NCBI RefSeq assembly: GCF_018977255.1
Contig: NW_024704743.1
Span: 107,634,001 to 107,698,000, forward strand
DNA: 64,000 nt
DNA from: Callorhinchus milii
Lineage: Eukaryota
Reading direction: 5' to 3'
The notes under the pieces are model-generated. The model was not told the origin of the DNA. It saw nothing but the letters and a program-made list of their open reading frames with translations, and did no database searches. Shown here piece by piece: positions 1 through 12,210 of the stretch. Made by a program: the position numbers and the translations under genes. The first letter of the stretch is position 1. Each line of letters starts with the position of its first letter.

Positions 1-222
1 TGACTGTATATTTGTGGGCGAAACGCAGCAGCCAATTGTGCACAGCAATGTCCCACAAATTGCCGAGGACTGAAGTGACCAATTTTATTGTTTTTTTTTC
101 TTGAGTGTTTATTATCAGGTGTCTGGAGTAAGGAAACTTGCCCAAGGTTTCGCCCTGCCGGGAATCGAACCCAGGTCTCTCACTTGCAAGGTGAGTGCTC
201 TAACCACTGAGCTAAGGACTCC
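1..222 (-). mobile_element. tRNA-Ala-derived SINE, young family, cut by the window edge
   Basis: Reverse complement aligns with the copy at 37605: A-box, B-box and GCTGTGCACAATTGGCTGC core. Confidence 0.9.
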
Positions 223-724
223 ATTTGTATGTGAATCACCAAATGCAATATCTTTTTTCACTAGTAAATGTGGCATGACATTGAATTACAGTTGTTCTTT
301 TGTTAATTATCTCTTGCAATTTCCACTGGGTTGCCCTGCATTAGTTTGTTAGTATGTAAATTCCGGTGTACATATTGTGTGGGGTTTTCTGCGTAGGCTG
401 CTCTTCTAAAGCTCCCCGAAAACATTTTTTTCACTTTACCATTATGCAGATCATACCTTGAATGTGATTATCAATACTGGGAATCAAGAAGTGCTCGTCA
501 AGGAAATAGTGTAAAAAGCACCCTGAGAGTAAAGTGCAACTCTGCTGGAGAATTCATGAGAAGTCAGCTCCAACTAGACTATGTTTGAAAGATTAGTTCT
601 CAAAGTCAGTGTGAAGTGTCAGGGTTCCATTTACGCTGTTTCCTGGTGAGCACTTTCCAATTCTTTGTTGGCATGTATAGATCTCAGCTGGGTTAAAGAA
701 AGAAAAACCTTACATTTTTAATTT

Positions 725-1090
725 GAATCGAGTTCAAGATCCTCACACCCTCCTACGAATCACTTCATGCCCTGGCACCTCCCTCCCTCTCCAACCTGCT
801 CACATTGCACTCCTCTACCTGCTCACTTTTGCTCAACTGGCTCAGGCCCTCCACACATCCCTCGACCCCTCTGTTCCATCATCAGGGACCAAACTTTCAG
901 CCACTATGCCCTGCACCTTTGAAACTCCCTGTCTCAGTCCCTCTGTCTTGCCAGTCTTCAGATCACACCTGCAAGCTTTCCTCTTTGATCATGTTTACAG
1001 TCCCCTCACCTTTTTTCCAGTCAAATTACACCATTGTTAAGCGCTCTGAGACACTATCCACTTGAAGGGCACTCTATAAATCCAAGTTTT
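725..1090 (+). mobile_element. Decayed L2 3' end
   Basis: GTTCAAGATCCTCAC start; tail GCGCTCTGAGACAC...GAAGGGCACTCTATAAATCCAAG. Confidence 0.75.
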
Positions 1091-1174
1091 TGGTCATTAT
1101 TATATGACCTTATCAAATTGAACATCTTAAAACTTTTTATGAGTAATTACTATCAAGTGTAGTTAGTTTTGTCT

Positions 1175-1560
1175 TTGGGGTAAGATTATGAAGGAATTTA
1201 AAGGTCAGTTGAGCTTAATGAGGATGGAGGTAGTAGTTGTACAGAGCCTGGTGCAGTGTAGAATATGGGCTGCAGAGTTTTGGATGAGTTGGACCTTATG
1301 AAAGCTAGAGCTTGGAAGGCCAGCTGGATGAGAATCTAGCTACAAGGTGACAAAGAATGAACATTTGGCTATGCAATGTTCCTGAGATGGAGGAAAGTGG
1401 TCTTGATTCAGGACCAGATACGGTTTGAAAGAGAAATAGGGTAGTGGAGAAGGGAGTCAAATAAAACTCCACAGTTGTATACTAGCTAATTTAACCACAG
1501 TTAAATGGCTTTGGTTTTCTTGATGTTCAACTGACGAAAGTTAGAACTCATCCATAATAT
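1175..1560 (-). mobile_element. Heavily decayed L2 fragment
   Basis: GCTGCAGAGTTTTGGATGAGTTG is the reverse of the QL.QNSAA motif. Confidence 0.6.
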
Positions 1561-2878
1561 ATTATTCACAGACAAGAATAACTCTTGGCAAAGTAAAATG
1601 TTTTTATTATACTGTATTCAAGTCTATTATCAAAATTGCTATATGTGCCAAGTATTATCTGAAGAATGGTTATATATTACTTCTTTATTTGAATTCAACC
1701 CTAAATTTAAATTAATTGCTGTTCATCATTGTTGTTTTGTGCCTTTTTTAATGTGACACTATAAATGTAAGTTAATTTATAGGTGCCATTTGATTTCTGA
1801 GAAGATATTACTGTTTCTGATTTTTACTATTATTTAAGAGAATTGTGAATTATGCATTTAAACCTCTGGGTTTTGGTGACTGAGAACTGCATTGCACTTG
1901 AAGGACTACTTTTACTCACTGGACTATAAATTTGTAAAATGCATTACTATTGAGAAGAAATGTGTTTCAAGAAAGTATGTAACAGACTTTGTATGGTATT
2001 CAAGAAATGGAGAAGAAAATTCGGTTTGGGAGCAAACACACAAGGCTCCAGGGAATATTGTACTTAGTTTTATCACCAGATTTTTAAAAATAGAACAGCT
2101 ATATCCATTATTATCTTTTGAACATAAACTTTACTACAAACATTAAAAGTTACATGAAAAGGTATAGCCATACAGTTATAAAATGTTATTCATTTTTCAT
2201 ATTGTTGCGATTTGGAGTCTTTTGGGTTGTAAATAGATATTGTATGGGCTAATCATAAATTAACGTGTTTTTTTTAATAAGAAAAAAGTGTTCGTGTGAC
2301 TTTATCTATGATCTTATCTAATGATTCAGCATTACAGTTAGGATATGGTCTAAAAAAGAATAATGTTTCAAGTTGAATGTGTGATTTAAACTTATCGCGC
2401 CTTCATTAATCATTGCTCATATTATCTCAATAGGGTGTGCTCCACCAGTCAAGCAAACGGCCACACACATCCTACTTGTAAGAATAAAATACGAATTACA
2501 GCTAAAAATATCCATTACCAACATTTCCGATGGCTGACCTAAAAGGGTACTAAGCACCTGCTGTACACCTCGCCACTCGTTTAATCTGTGTGAAAGTCCC
2601 AATTTGAATTTCCTCCTGTGCCGCAGGGTTCAGTAATATAGCGAGGAAAGGGCATTCCTTGTGAAGAAAAAAAACCCTACCAGGTTAATCCCGTTTATAT
2701 TTATATAATGCTTCATGATTTGGATCCTGTAACATACGCAAGTGCCTTAAAATCACATTTCAAGACAGCATTGCAGTCGACAACCATTTCCACGATTTTT
2801 TAAAAAAAAATCCTTCCCCGCTTAACATGATTTTAAACGTTAACGCGACGATAAGATTACTGCCCCGGCAAAGCTGGC

Positions 2879-2903
2879 GAGCCGAGCCGAGCCGAGCCGA
2901 GCC
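2879..2903 (+). repeat. (GAGCC)5 microsatellite
   Basis: Five exact copies, read directly. Confidence 0.9.
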
Positions 2904-3599
2904 CGCTCATCCGCACTTGGCAAAAGCATGGCTTGTGCGAGTCCATTTCATTGTTCACTTGCGTCATTCAGTAGCTCGGAGGGTGGGCTGGTGGGCTGGT
3001 GTGGGGGGGGGTGTGGAGGAGGAAACAATCACATCAATTAATTGCAAAAATGGAGTTGGGTGTCCCAACTTTGAAGTTTTTAACAAATAATAAACTGACT
3101 GTTATTGGGTTTATTTAATCGTAAGGGAAGTGCATTGATCACAATTTTCCAGATGCGGAGGGCTATGATGCAAATGTAGTTTGGAGGTTTTTTTTATTTG
3201 TACAATGCGGGCCACCCTGCGGCACAGTCGCAGGATTCCCCCCTCCACACACTTCGCAACTCACTGTTATCGGTTCAAGTAAATTCCAACGCAATTGGTA
3301 ACATTTTCCAGATCGCTAAAGGTTTCGAATGCAGATTTAAACTTGGGAGTTTTATTTACACAAATGAAGAGGCACAACCGGCAACACAGTTGCAGGATTT
3401 CCCCTTCCCACCCTCCATTTTTTTGCACTTTTTAATTGAAACTAATTAAGTAAAACTCACTATTAGCGGCTTACTCTAAAATTGCCATGCGATTGCAGTT
3501 ATTACATGGCTATTTTTTCTGTTCCCCCAGATAGTCGCGATGCAGATTTAGTTTGGATTTTTTCTCAATGCAAATGAAACGGGGTGGTGGGGGAAGTGA

Positions 3600-3885
3600 G
3601 GGTAACAGAGCAGTTATACAGGATCCCCTCCTGGACTTCTACGTATAACATAACGGGTTATGGTGCAATCCGGGCACTCGTGCGTGTCAACATACGCCAA
3701 GGCCGATTGGCTCTGATCCATCGGGGCTCGTCTGCCCCGGTCCGGGCTCCGGCAGTAACCGTCCATCTTATTGGTAAACGTCAAAAGCGGGACAGCGCTT
3801 CCTTCGCTCTTTCTTCCTTCCACTTGTGTTTGTTTGTTTGCGAGGGGGGGAGGGGGGCGCTGATACTCTGTTTCGTCGCGTGAAA
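3600..3885. promoter_or_regulatory. Upstream CpG cluster with reverse CCAAT boxes
   Basis: CpG-rich unique sequence with CCGATTGGCT (~3703-3712) and ATTGGTAAACGTCA (~3770-3783). Confidence 0.45.
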
Positions 3886-4700
3886 TAGAGGGGAAAGGGA
3901 GGGGGAGTTGGGGGGCAAAGGGAAGGGGAATTGGGCAAAGGGAGGGGGCGTGGGGGGGAAGGGACGGGGCGTTGTGGAGGCAGACGGACGGGGAGCGGCG
4001 AGAGGCAAAGGGAAGGGCAGCGGGAGGTAAAGGGAGGGGGAGCGGGGCCAAAGGTGGGGTAGTAGGGGGGGGTCATGGAGGGGGAGTGGGGGGGGGGGTC
4101 ACTGAGAGGGGGAGTGGGGGGAAGTACGGAGAAGGGGAGAGGTAGGGATACAGAGAGGGGGAGTGGGGTGGCACGGAGAGGAGGGAGGCACGGAGTGGGG
4201 GGCAAGAGATGGGGGAGTGGTGGGGCAAAGAGAGGGCGGAGTTGGGGGCAAAAGTAGGGGAAGTTGGGTGAAGAGTGGGGAGAGCAAAGAGCGGGGGGAG
4301 TTTGGGGGGAGGCAAAGAGTGGGGGGAGTTTGGGGGGAGGCAAAGAGTGGGGGAGTTCGGGGGCAAAGAGATGGGGAAATTATTGGGGGCAGAGAGGGAG
4401 TAAGGGGGGTGGCGAGGGTGAAGTTGGAGGGGGGCAAAGAGTGGGAGAAGTTGGAGGGGGCAAAGAGTGGGGGAAGTTGAGGGAGGTAAAGGGGGGTAGA
4501 TGGGTGTCAAAGAGTGGGGGGAGTTGGGGGTATAGAGAGGGAAAGTGGGGGAGTTGGGTGGGTAAAGTGGGGCCAAGTTGGGGGGCTAAGAGTGGGAGGA
4601 GTTGGGATAGCGTGTGGGAGTTGGGGGGTTAGAGTGGGGGAAGTTGGGGGGATAGAGAAGAGGGATGAATTGGAAGTAGAAGGAGGGTTGAGGAAAGTGA
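3885..4700 (+). repeat. G-rich degenerate minisatellite, unit about GGGGGCAAAGAGTGGGGGAGTT
   Basis: Imperfect 22-27 bp units recur from about 4190 to 4660; extreme G and purine skew on the + strand. Confidence 0.85.
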
Positions 4701-4779
4701 GGGCGCAAACGAAAAGAACGAGGGGAGGATCAAGTGAACAACAAGAGCCAAAGAAATAAAATGCCTCGTGAAATAAAAG

Positions 4780-5470
4780 CACCCCCCCTCCCCCCCCAGC
4801 TCCGGGCGACCAACGCCAAACAGGAAACCCGGACCCGTTGAAAGTTCGGCACCTCGACTTTTTTTAAAAAATTTCAAAAAAAAAAAGCGCCCGTTTCCCT
4901 CCTCTCTTCCCCGCGCGCGGCTTCCCCGTCTCGGACTCTTTCTCGTGGCTCATCCGTTCGTGGCTGCCGCGTGCTCAGGGGGGAGGGTTGGGGGTGGGTG
5001 AGGGGGGGGGGGGCGTGGGGGCGGGGGAGAGTGAGGAGCGCGATAGAGAGGAGGTGCCCGTCCAATCGGGAGGCGGCGTTAAGACATATGCAAATAAGAT
5101 GTGTTGACGTGCGTTGACAGGGAGGGGAGGAGGGGCGGGCAGACGCTGACGGGGGCGCGCGCGTGTCGCTGACGCACATACGCACGCGGAGGGAGGATAA
5201 ACGAAGCGCAGGACGGCGCGGGTTAATTCGGACCGGGGACGCGGGGGGGGGGCAGGAGTGCGTGCGTGCTCGCTCCCGGAGGAAGAGGAGCCGTGCGCGC
5301 TCGAGCATGTTAGGGGGAGGGGAGGAAAGCGGCGGGGACGCGCGGGGGAAGCCGGGGCTCCAACTTCTGGTGAGAGAGAAACAACACAAAGGAGTGAGTG
5401 AGGACAGGCGGCGGCGAGAGAGAAGATTACCACAAGTAGAGACAACACGAGTGAACCGCCGCCGGAGAGA
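4780..5470 (+). promoter_or_regulatory. CpG-island promoter core of CHD7
   Basis: Very CpG-dense in an otherwise AT-rich, CpG-poor window. GC boxes (~5018, 5132-5139), CCAAT 5062-5066, octamer ATGCAAAT 5088-5095, TGACGT 5105-5110, TGACAG 5115-5120. Repeat-free, about 18 kb upstream of exon 2. CpG enrichment continues to about 7480. Confidence 0.8.
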
Positions 5471-6066
5471 GAGAGAGAGAGAAAAAAAGAGAGGAATATT
5501 CTTGCCTTAACCAATAATACAATAAAATGTAGCCACAACATTTCTTTTTTTTTAACCATTAATTATATTATATCATTTGAAAAAAAGAAATCCTTTTAAA
5601 AGGCACGAGAGCGAGAGAGAAAAAAAAGGAGGAAGAGTAGGGGAAGAGACAGACAGACAGACAGAGAGAGGAGGAGGAGGAGGAAAAAAACAATTTATTA
5701 CAAAAAAAACAATAACAAAACAAAAACAAAACAAGGAGAGCCGACAAAGTAAGTACGGAAAGAAAAGATTTTTTTAAAAAAAAGTGTGTGAGAGTCTTGC
5801 GTTTGAGTGGGTTGAGAGGAAATTTGATTGTAAATAAACATGAAAGGGATGATGATGATGATGGTGATGGGGAGGGGGGGGGGGGGTGGGGTGAGAGGGA
5901 GGAGGAGGAGGAGAGGAGGCAGGCGGTCATCGAGATTGCTAACTACCACTACTGGAGAGAGAGTAGAGTGTGTGCGGTGCCGCTGGCGGAGCAGCCATTA
6001 ACATTTCATTAATAGAGCAGCGCTTGTCCTTCCTCCTCAGCAGCTGTAGCAGCAGCCGGCGCTGGA
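5200..6066 (+). other. CHD7: Candidate non-coding first exon region of CHD7 (start approximate; donor after 5393 or after 6066)
   Basis: Immediately downstream of the promoter motifs. Two GGA|GTGAGT donor-like sites (GT at 5394 and 6067). The transcription start cannot be read from sequence. Confidence 0.5.
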
Positions 6067-6119
6067 GTGAGTTTTTATTTCCTCTCCAACTCTCCTCTCT
6101 CTGATGTGTGTGTTTAAAA

Positions 6120-6123
6120 TATG

Positions 6124-6156
<33 letters not shown>

Positions 6157-6255
6157 TTACTATTCTCATTAATGTTCTTGAGTATTATTGGATCTTGTTG
6201 CCCTTGGTCGAGTGGCCGGAGCGTGTGTGTGTGTGTGTGTGTGGTGTGTGTGCGC
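6120..6255. repeat. (CT)n-(TA)n and (GT)n microsatellites
   Basis: Read directly. Confidence 0.9.
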
Positions 6256-9090
6256 GGCGCTGTGAGTGAGTGCGAGTCTCCTCAGTCTCTCTCGGTGCGG
6301 TTTGGGTACTCGGTGGTTCCCTGAGGTCATTGAGGAGTGGACTCGGGAATATGGTTTGAACTAGTTTCTCACACACAAGATCGGCTATACCGCTTTCATG
6401 CCCCCTCCCCTTCCCCTCCGCCGCCACATATCTGTGGTGTGAGGTGAGGGGTCTCTGAGAAAGATATGGGGAGGGCAGAGTGTGAGAGAAGGGATTAGAG
6501 AGAGTGAAAGAGCGCGGTTGATGAAAGAAAAAAAAATTCGTTTTTTTAAAAAAAAACCTGTTCAACTTTCAGTTCGAACTGGGCGTTTTAATATTTCCGT
6601 CACAGTTTCCTTTGCCGCTTATATTTGTAGCGACAACCACGCACAAAATAAAGGGAAAGAGAAAAGAAAATGACCACATTTTTTTTTAAAAAAAAAAGGG
6701 GCAGCAGTTTCAGTCTTTGGTTTAGTCAGAAGCTCTGGGTCCAGTCTGCGATGATAATCTCTCCTTCTCAGAGAGCGTGGTCTGAGAGGAGAGACCTCAG
6801 GTCTTTCGCAACAGGATCTGAGTGAGTGTAATCGCTGAGCTCGGGGTTAAGTCACTTTGCGCTTCTGCAACAAAAAAAAACCCCAACCAAGATATGAACC
6901 TGTAACGGAGGTCGACTTTTATTTTCATTCATTTGCATCGCCTTCAAAAAGAGGGATTTAAAAAAAGGGTGGGGGGTGTGTGGGTGTGGGGGGCTGGAGA
7001 GGGAAGGAGGGAGAAAATCTGATTCGCGTGCGTGCGGCAGTGCGAATTTTAAAGGGAAGTTTTTTGGGGGAGAAAGACTGGGGGGGGGGGGGCACACGTG
7101 TATTTGTGAAAGTGGGGGCAATCGTGGTTGAAGGGGGCAACGAGGAAGAGTCTCGAAAGGAAGATCCCACGACACTCAGTCACTCACGCACCTCAGCACC
7201 ATCATCAAGGCTTAATCATCCATGTTTGTCGTTGTCTTCGGCGGCAAAGGACACACACATTCACACATTGTAAACCCCTTTGTTCGAGGGGGGAAAAAAA
7301 AACACACGCACCGCACTTTGCAAAAACAAAAACTTCCAGAGGAGCTTTCCGATTTCTCTCCCGCACTGTGTGACTGGTGGATTTTCAAACTATTTCCGTG
7401 CGTTTCTCAGCAAAGTAACTTTTTTTTTCCGCGAGGAGAGCAGGAGCTCTCCATTCGCGTGTTTGGTCAGCGTTTTCTCTCTCTGGACAGGCTGTACACA
7501 AAGAATCGTTCTTAACCTAAGATGGCAGCTTAATTTGACTCCGGTCATTGACAGTAATTATAAAAGAGACTGAAACACTCTTGTTCTCCTTCGCTACACT
7601 TAAATCCCCCCCCCCCCCCCCCCTCCAGTTTCACTCGGAAAGATGGAGTGGGTCTAAATTGTTTCGGGATTTTGATTAATTTCGTTTTTTTCCCCAGATT
7701 ACTGTAATTCTGGGCAGTCGGGATTTTTTTGGGGGGGGGGCAAAAAGACTTATTTATTTCGAGAAAGTATTTTGAAGGTACAGAGGTAAAGTGGTAGTTT
7801 GCTGAAGGAGTGACGTTCGGGGTAATTTACCTGCCCATGACGAGCTGCCATGTGGGGTTATAGGGGTCCAGCTTCGGGCTATGGAGGTGCAATACAGTAG
7901 TCCAGTTCGCAAGGTGTTTGAAATCACAAACAGGTTTTTGTTTATTTCGTTGCCCAGTTATTGGATTAGGTACAGTTAGAAGTGTGAGTGGTTTCCCATT
8001 GACTGGATAGATCCATGGGATACTGATGTGTCCAAAGAAAACGGCGAGGAGCAGCAGCGTGTGCAGCCATTTAAGTTTTTTTTTAAATGGGGTCGATCCT
8101 GAATCTTTTGTTAGAGGGGCTTTGGTGTGGTTTGATGCCTTTCTCCTCGCCAGTGTCGTTGTGTTTTTTCGATTTTAAAATGCCACTTTTCTCAGGGCAA
8201 GTGTAATTTTAAACTGGTAGAGATTACTTGCTGATTATTTTGGCGAGCTGTTGTCTTGCAACAGTAATGTGCAAATTGTCTTTTTTAATAATGCTTTAAT
8301 TACAGGGCTTATATTTATGAAAAAATTAGTTAGATATGATACTGGAAATAATTTTTTCAGGAGTTAGAATCGATGCCCACCACATTACAGAAATAGAAAA
8401 TAACTTGTACATGAACCTGTATAGAAAGCAGTGGTTAGTTTGTGATCAGTTTGATGTTCAAGTATTTCGTAGACTATCCAAAATGTATGTTAGTCTTAAT
8501 AAATTAACAACTATAAACTTTTAATCTTCGCATTTTGGATATTAACTTCTAGTCTACAGACAAGAACCAGTACATTTAAGATATGGACAAGTGACATTGG
8601 GAATATGACTGGTTCCATGGACCTTGGAATAGCAGCACATGCTCAGCTGCTTTGCACTCTCACACAGGGAGCTTCTTGTGCAGTTTTTAGTAACTTCCTC
8701 AGCTAAATGAATATAAGGCAACGTTACATATTTCTCTTAAAAAAAANCATGATTTCTACATCAGGTATCGGTCCTGTTGTCTAATAGTTTAGTTGTTAAG
8801 TCATATAAAGCCAACCAAAAGTGCTTACCTGAGACTTATTCTTTTTAGATAAATAAAATGGATCAATTAAAGTACACTGCACCCTTGCATATGTGTTGAA
8901 TTGTCTCTTGAGCTGTGCATCTTTAGGAACTGCTGTTATGCGAACGTAGGATATGAAGCAACCTTTGCAATTCAAACATTGATTTGAGACTTAATGTTTT
9001 GTGTGCTTTATGTATCAAATTGTGTAATATTGTAGAATTGAATAACAGCTACAAGTGATTCCTTTAATGTTTTTTGCGCAGTTATAACTT

Positions 9091-9140
9091 TTGGATTGAG
9101 TAAGCTTGCAAATAAGCTTTTGCAAGCTTATTCAATCCAA
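9091..9140. repeat. Inverted repeat, 22-bp arms (21/22 matches) with a 6-bp spacer
   Basis: TTGGATTGAGTAAGCTTGCAAA pairs with TTTGCAAGCTTATTCAATCCAA. Confidence 0.93.
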
Positions 9141-9954
9141 GCATAACAAAGTAAATCTTAATTTCTGTTTATAGAAAAGAACTTGCACACTGCTTCCACT
9201 AGTGGTGTGAATGCTTAAATAATGGCTCAGAATTCAAAAGTATATGTATAAGGTATTGCAATTCTAGAAATATGCTGAAAAATTGCTTTGGTGGTTTGAT
9301 AACTCGTTATATTGTCAGCCACTTGGTAATATTCAGTATCAGTGTTCATGTGTCCATATCGTGTAAGAGCTGATTATTTTATTTGAACACAGTTCAAAGA
9401 AACATTGAATATATTGCACATATGGCCCAGAAGTGTACAGCCAGCTGAAGTTCTACAAACAGTTTGATTTGTAAAGACTTAAGTATATGAAATGCTACTG
9501 TAGGAATAGATAGTCAGATACAAACTTTTCCTTTCAGCTTGACCGTAGGATTTGACGAATTAAATATTTCAACATAATTCGATGAAAGCTACAGTTGCGA
9601 GCCATGTGGGGCAGCCCTTTTTTTTTATTTTTCAAATTTACTACAACATTGCGTTCGTTGGTCTTACAGCATTGATTACAAACACAGAACTCCCAAGGAA
9701 GAGCTATTAACCTCATGGTTACATTTTATTTGAAACAAGGTTACTCGAAGAGCAAGTTCTTGTGCAAGAGGCTTTCAGAATTCTTACGCAAAATGCCATT
9801 TCTTGAATTTTTGAAAACCTGTATTAGCAGTCTGCTGAAATAGATAGTAGCTATTCATTTTGAAGAGCGTGCAGTTGACCAAGGTAGAGCTCTTTAACCC
9901 TTTAAGTGAACATAATAATCCTTGTATATAATATAATTTCAACGTGATCCAAGA

Positions 9955-10330
9955 TTATTTAAGTATCCTTTATCACGTTGAAATGATTGATAGTGCTTCA
10001 AAGTTTTTTCTGTAAAGTGCATTTGTAGATGAACATGGCAGCCAATTTGCAAATCGCAACATCCAGCAAATGGCCATGAATGATCAATGTTTTCATATTT
10101 AGTGAGTGCTAGCTAGCCAGGACACCAGGAGAAGCACCCTTTTCTTTTCAAATGGTCCCATGAGATCTTTATCATCCACTTGTTCAGACAAACAGGATCT
10201 CAGTTTAGCACCTCAACCAAAGGACACCTCAAACAATGCAGCACTTCTCCAGCACTGCATTGGATAGTTAGCCAAGACTGCAAGCTCAAAATCCTTATTT
10301 GTGTCTTGAATCTGCAACATTTTGACTCGG
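9955..10330 (-). mobile_element. Deu-domain SINE, diverged
   Basis: Reverse complement shares the AAAGATCTCATGGGACCATTTGAAAAG, CTCCTGGTGTCCTGGC and GTGCTGCATTGT blocks with 15875-16150. Confidence 0.7.
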
Positions 10331-11639
10331 AGGGAACGTGCTGAAAATGTGTGGTTTTGGAAGGGGAGATAAATTAAGATTTTTGATTTAAATGATTGAA
10401 TGTCACTTTTATTTTTCTATACATTAAAGAAGAAGGTGTTTTATTGTAACTGAGCATGGAAGTTGCACTCACTTGCCTTTGGCTGCAGGGGTTGCATGTA
10501 AGTTACATTAATGTTTCTTAAAGTCAGTGTTAAATTTTGTCAGCATGGAAAACTAGAAAACTGAGGCTCCACTAACTTGCCCCTTTGTGGAGCTTCAGCT
10601 TGGCAAATAACGTTTTGAACTTCTGAGTAACTGAGCGGGTTAGACATGCTTCACAAAATAAATATATATCCAGTGCAATGTGACTGTTTTGCACTTTAAT
10701 TCTATTCATCATTAGGAATTCAGAAACATTTTGTAAATATGCAACACATTTGTCATTTTCAAGCTATCAGTACTCGGAGGTTGTCAAGGAGCTCCTCCGA
10801 TGGCTCAATTGGTTAAGGTGCAGACTTTATGTGCCATAGTACCTGGAAGCTTCCAGGTTTGATTCCTTGTCAGTGTTCCTATTGTTTTGGCTGGGGCAGC
10901 AGTACAGATGCTTATGATTACTGCCAATTTTAGTCAGAGAAGGAAAAGTCATTGACCCTTCCTTGAAAATGTTTTGTTTGTGGATATCAGGTGAGTATAA
11001 AATTGGGCTTAGAAGAAAAGCAATTTGATTCAAAAAAAAAGATTTCATAATAGTATTTCTACCAACCACTTGAGGCCACAATTAAAACATATTTGGGATC
11101 TTTTAGTACAAAATAAAAATGTGTGCACGTTTTCCATTGATTTGGTTTTAATTTAATGCCATGACATGTGTACTAATGGATCTTTTTTGTTCTGTATGCG
11201 ACCTATTATTAACTTCACGTTCCTCAAAGTTAAATATAGGGCGGCAACATTTAGGCACAAACTAAAAGTGATAATGGAAACGCTGAATAATGGTATGGAA
11301 GTTGATAAGAAATTGATATATAATATTGGGTGCACCTGTTAATATGACTATCAAATGTTTTCCTAAATATGGCCATGTAAAACGTTTGTGATAGGGCATT
11401 AAAAAAAGGTCAAGTTTCAAATATTAGAGATGATATAACTGAGTATGGGAATGGTTCTAAGCTATTTTGATCAGATCAGAAATTACTGTTACATGTGCTG
11501 TTTAATAAAGGAATGCGGTAAATGTTATGGGACAAGAATGAGTTACTTGCAAAGCTTTGCATCTATAATTTTTTATAATATTTCCTTGTGAAATGGTGTC
11601 CGTTGCTTTTTGACTCCCCTAGTTCAGAAAACCAAGTAC

Positions 11640-11835
11640 ACGGGTGCTGTGCGGAAACCTTGGATTCCTTGGGACCTCCCCTCACCTGCCTCAAACAGCC
11701 CCACTCCATTCAAACCTCTCCATTCAAACCTTATTTGATTTCGGATCGCAAAATCTGATCGGTAGTTATGCAATTCAGCGCCTTGGGATGCCCTCCTGAC
11801 GTGAAAGGTGCTATACAAATGTAATTTTGTATTGT
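11640..11835 (+). mobile_element. L2 3' fragment and tail
   Basis: Degraded L2 coding-like sequence followed by AGCGCCTTGGGATGCCCTCCTGACGTGAAAGGTGCTATACAAATG. Confidence 0.7.
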
Positions 11836-11917
11836 GTGTCCAAATCAATCAAATATTTTAGTTATACATAAGTTCACTAAATTTAGTTCCACACCAAAAA
11901 CGGAATGCTTTAGAGTG

Positions 11918-12210
11918 GCCCCGATGGCCTAGTCAGTAAAGGCACCACCCAGATACAGCACAATGGAATACACACCAAAATGTTACAAATACAATTCTTG
12001 TGCCACTCTGTGATAATTGATCTTGGCTGTGGGATATTACAATTTAATTTGGTAGCCTTGGACTTTGGAGAGTTGCTTTGATCGCTATTCAGTGACTGCT
12101 GTAAAATATGCTTTTGTAGATATCAAATAAAATCAAACTTTAGTGTGATTCCCTTCTGGAGCCAAATAGCTTGCAGTCACTCGTGTGTGAAGAATATCCA
12201 TTTGGGCATT
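11918..12210 (+). mobile_element. Ancient dispersed repeat, probable second SINE family (representative copy)
   Basis: Shares blocks such as GATC(G/A)CTAT(C/T)CAGTG and AAATAGC with copies at about 39500-39810 (-), 51740-51890 (-) and 63950-63990 (-). Related head segments at about 10795-10990 (+), 31045-31210 (-) and 59700-59850 (-). Confidence 0.55.

Noticed and set aside
3584..5949. Many overlapping 100-190 aa Pro- or Gly-rich ORFs
   Set aside because: By-products of G-rich low-complexity and CpG-island sequence that lacks stop codons; no recognisable protein.
8747..8747. Single N after an A run
   Set aside because: Assembly ambiguity.
10561..10598. 12-bp stem hairpin (similar small one at 20028-20052)
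   Set aside because: Short enough to arise by chance in 64 kb, with no supporting context.
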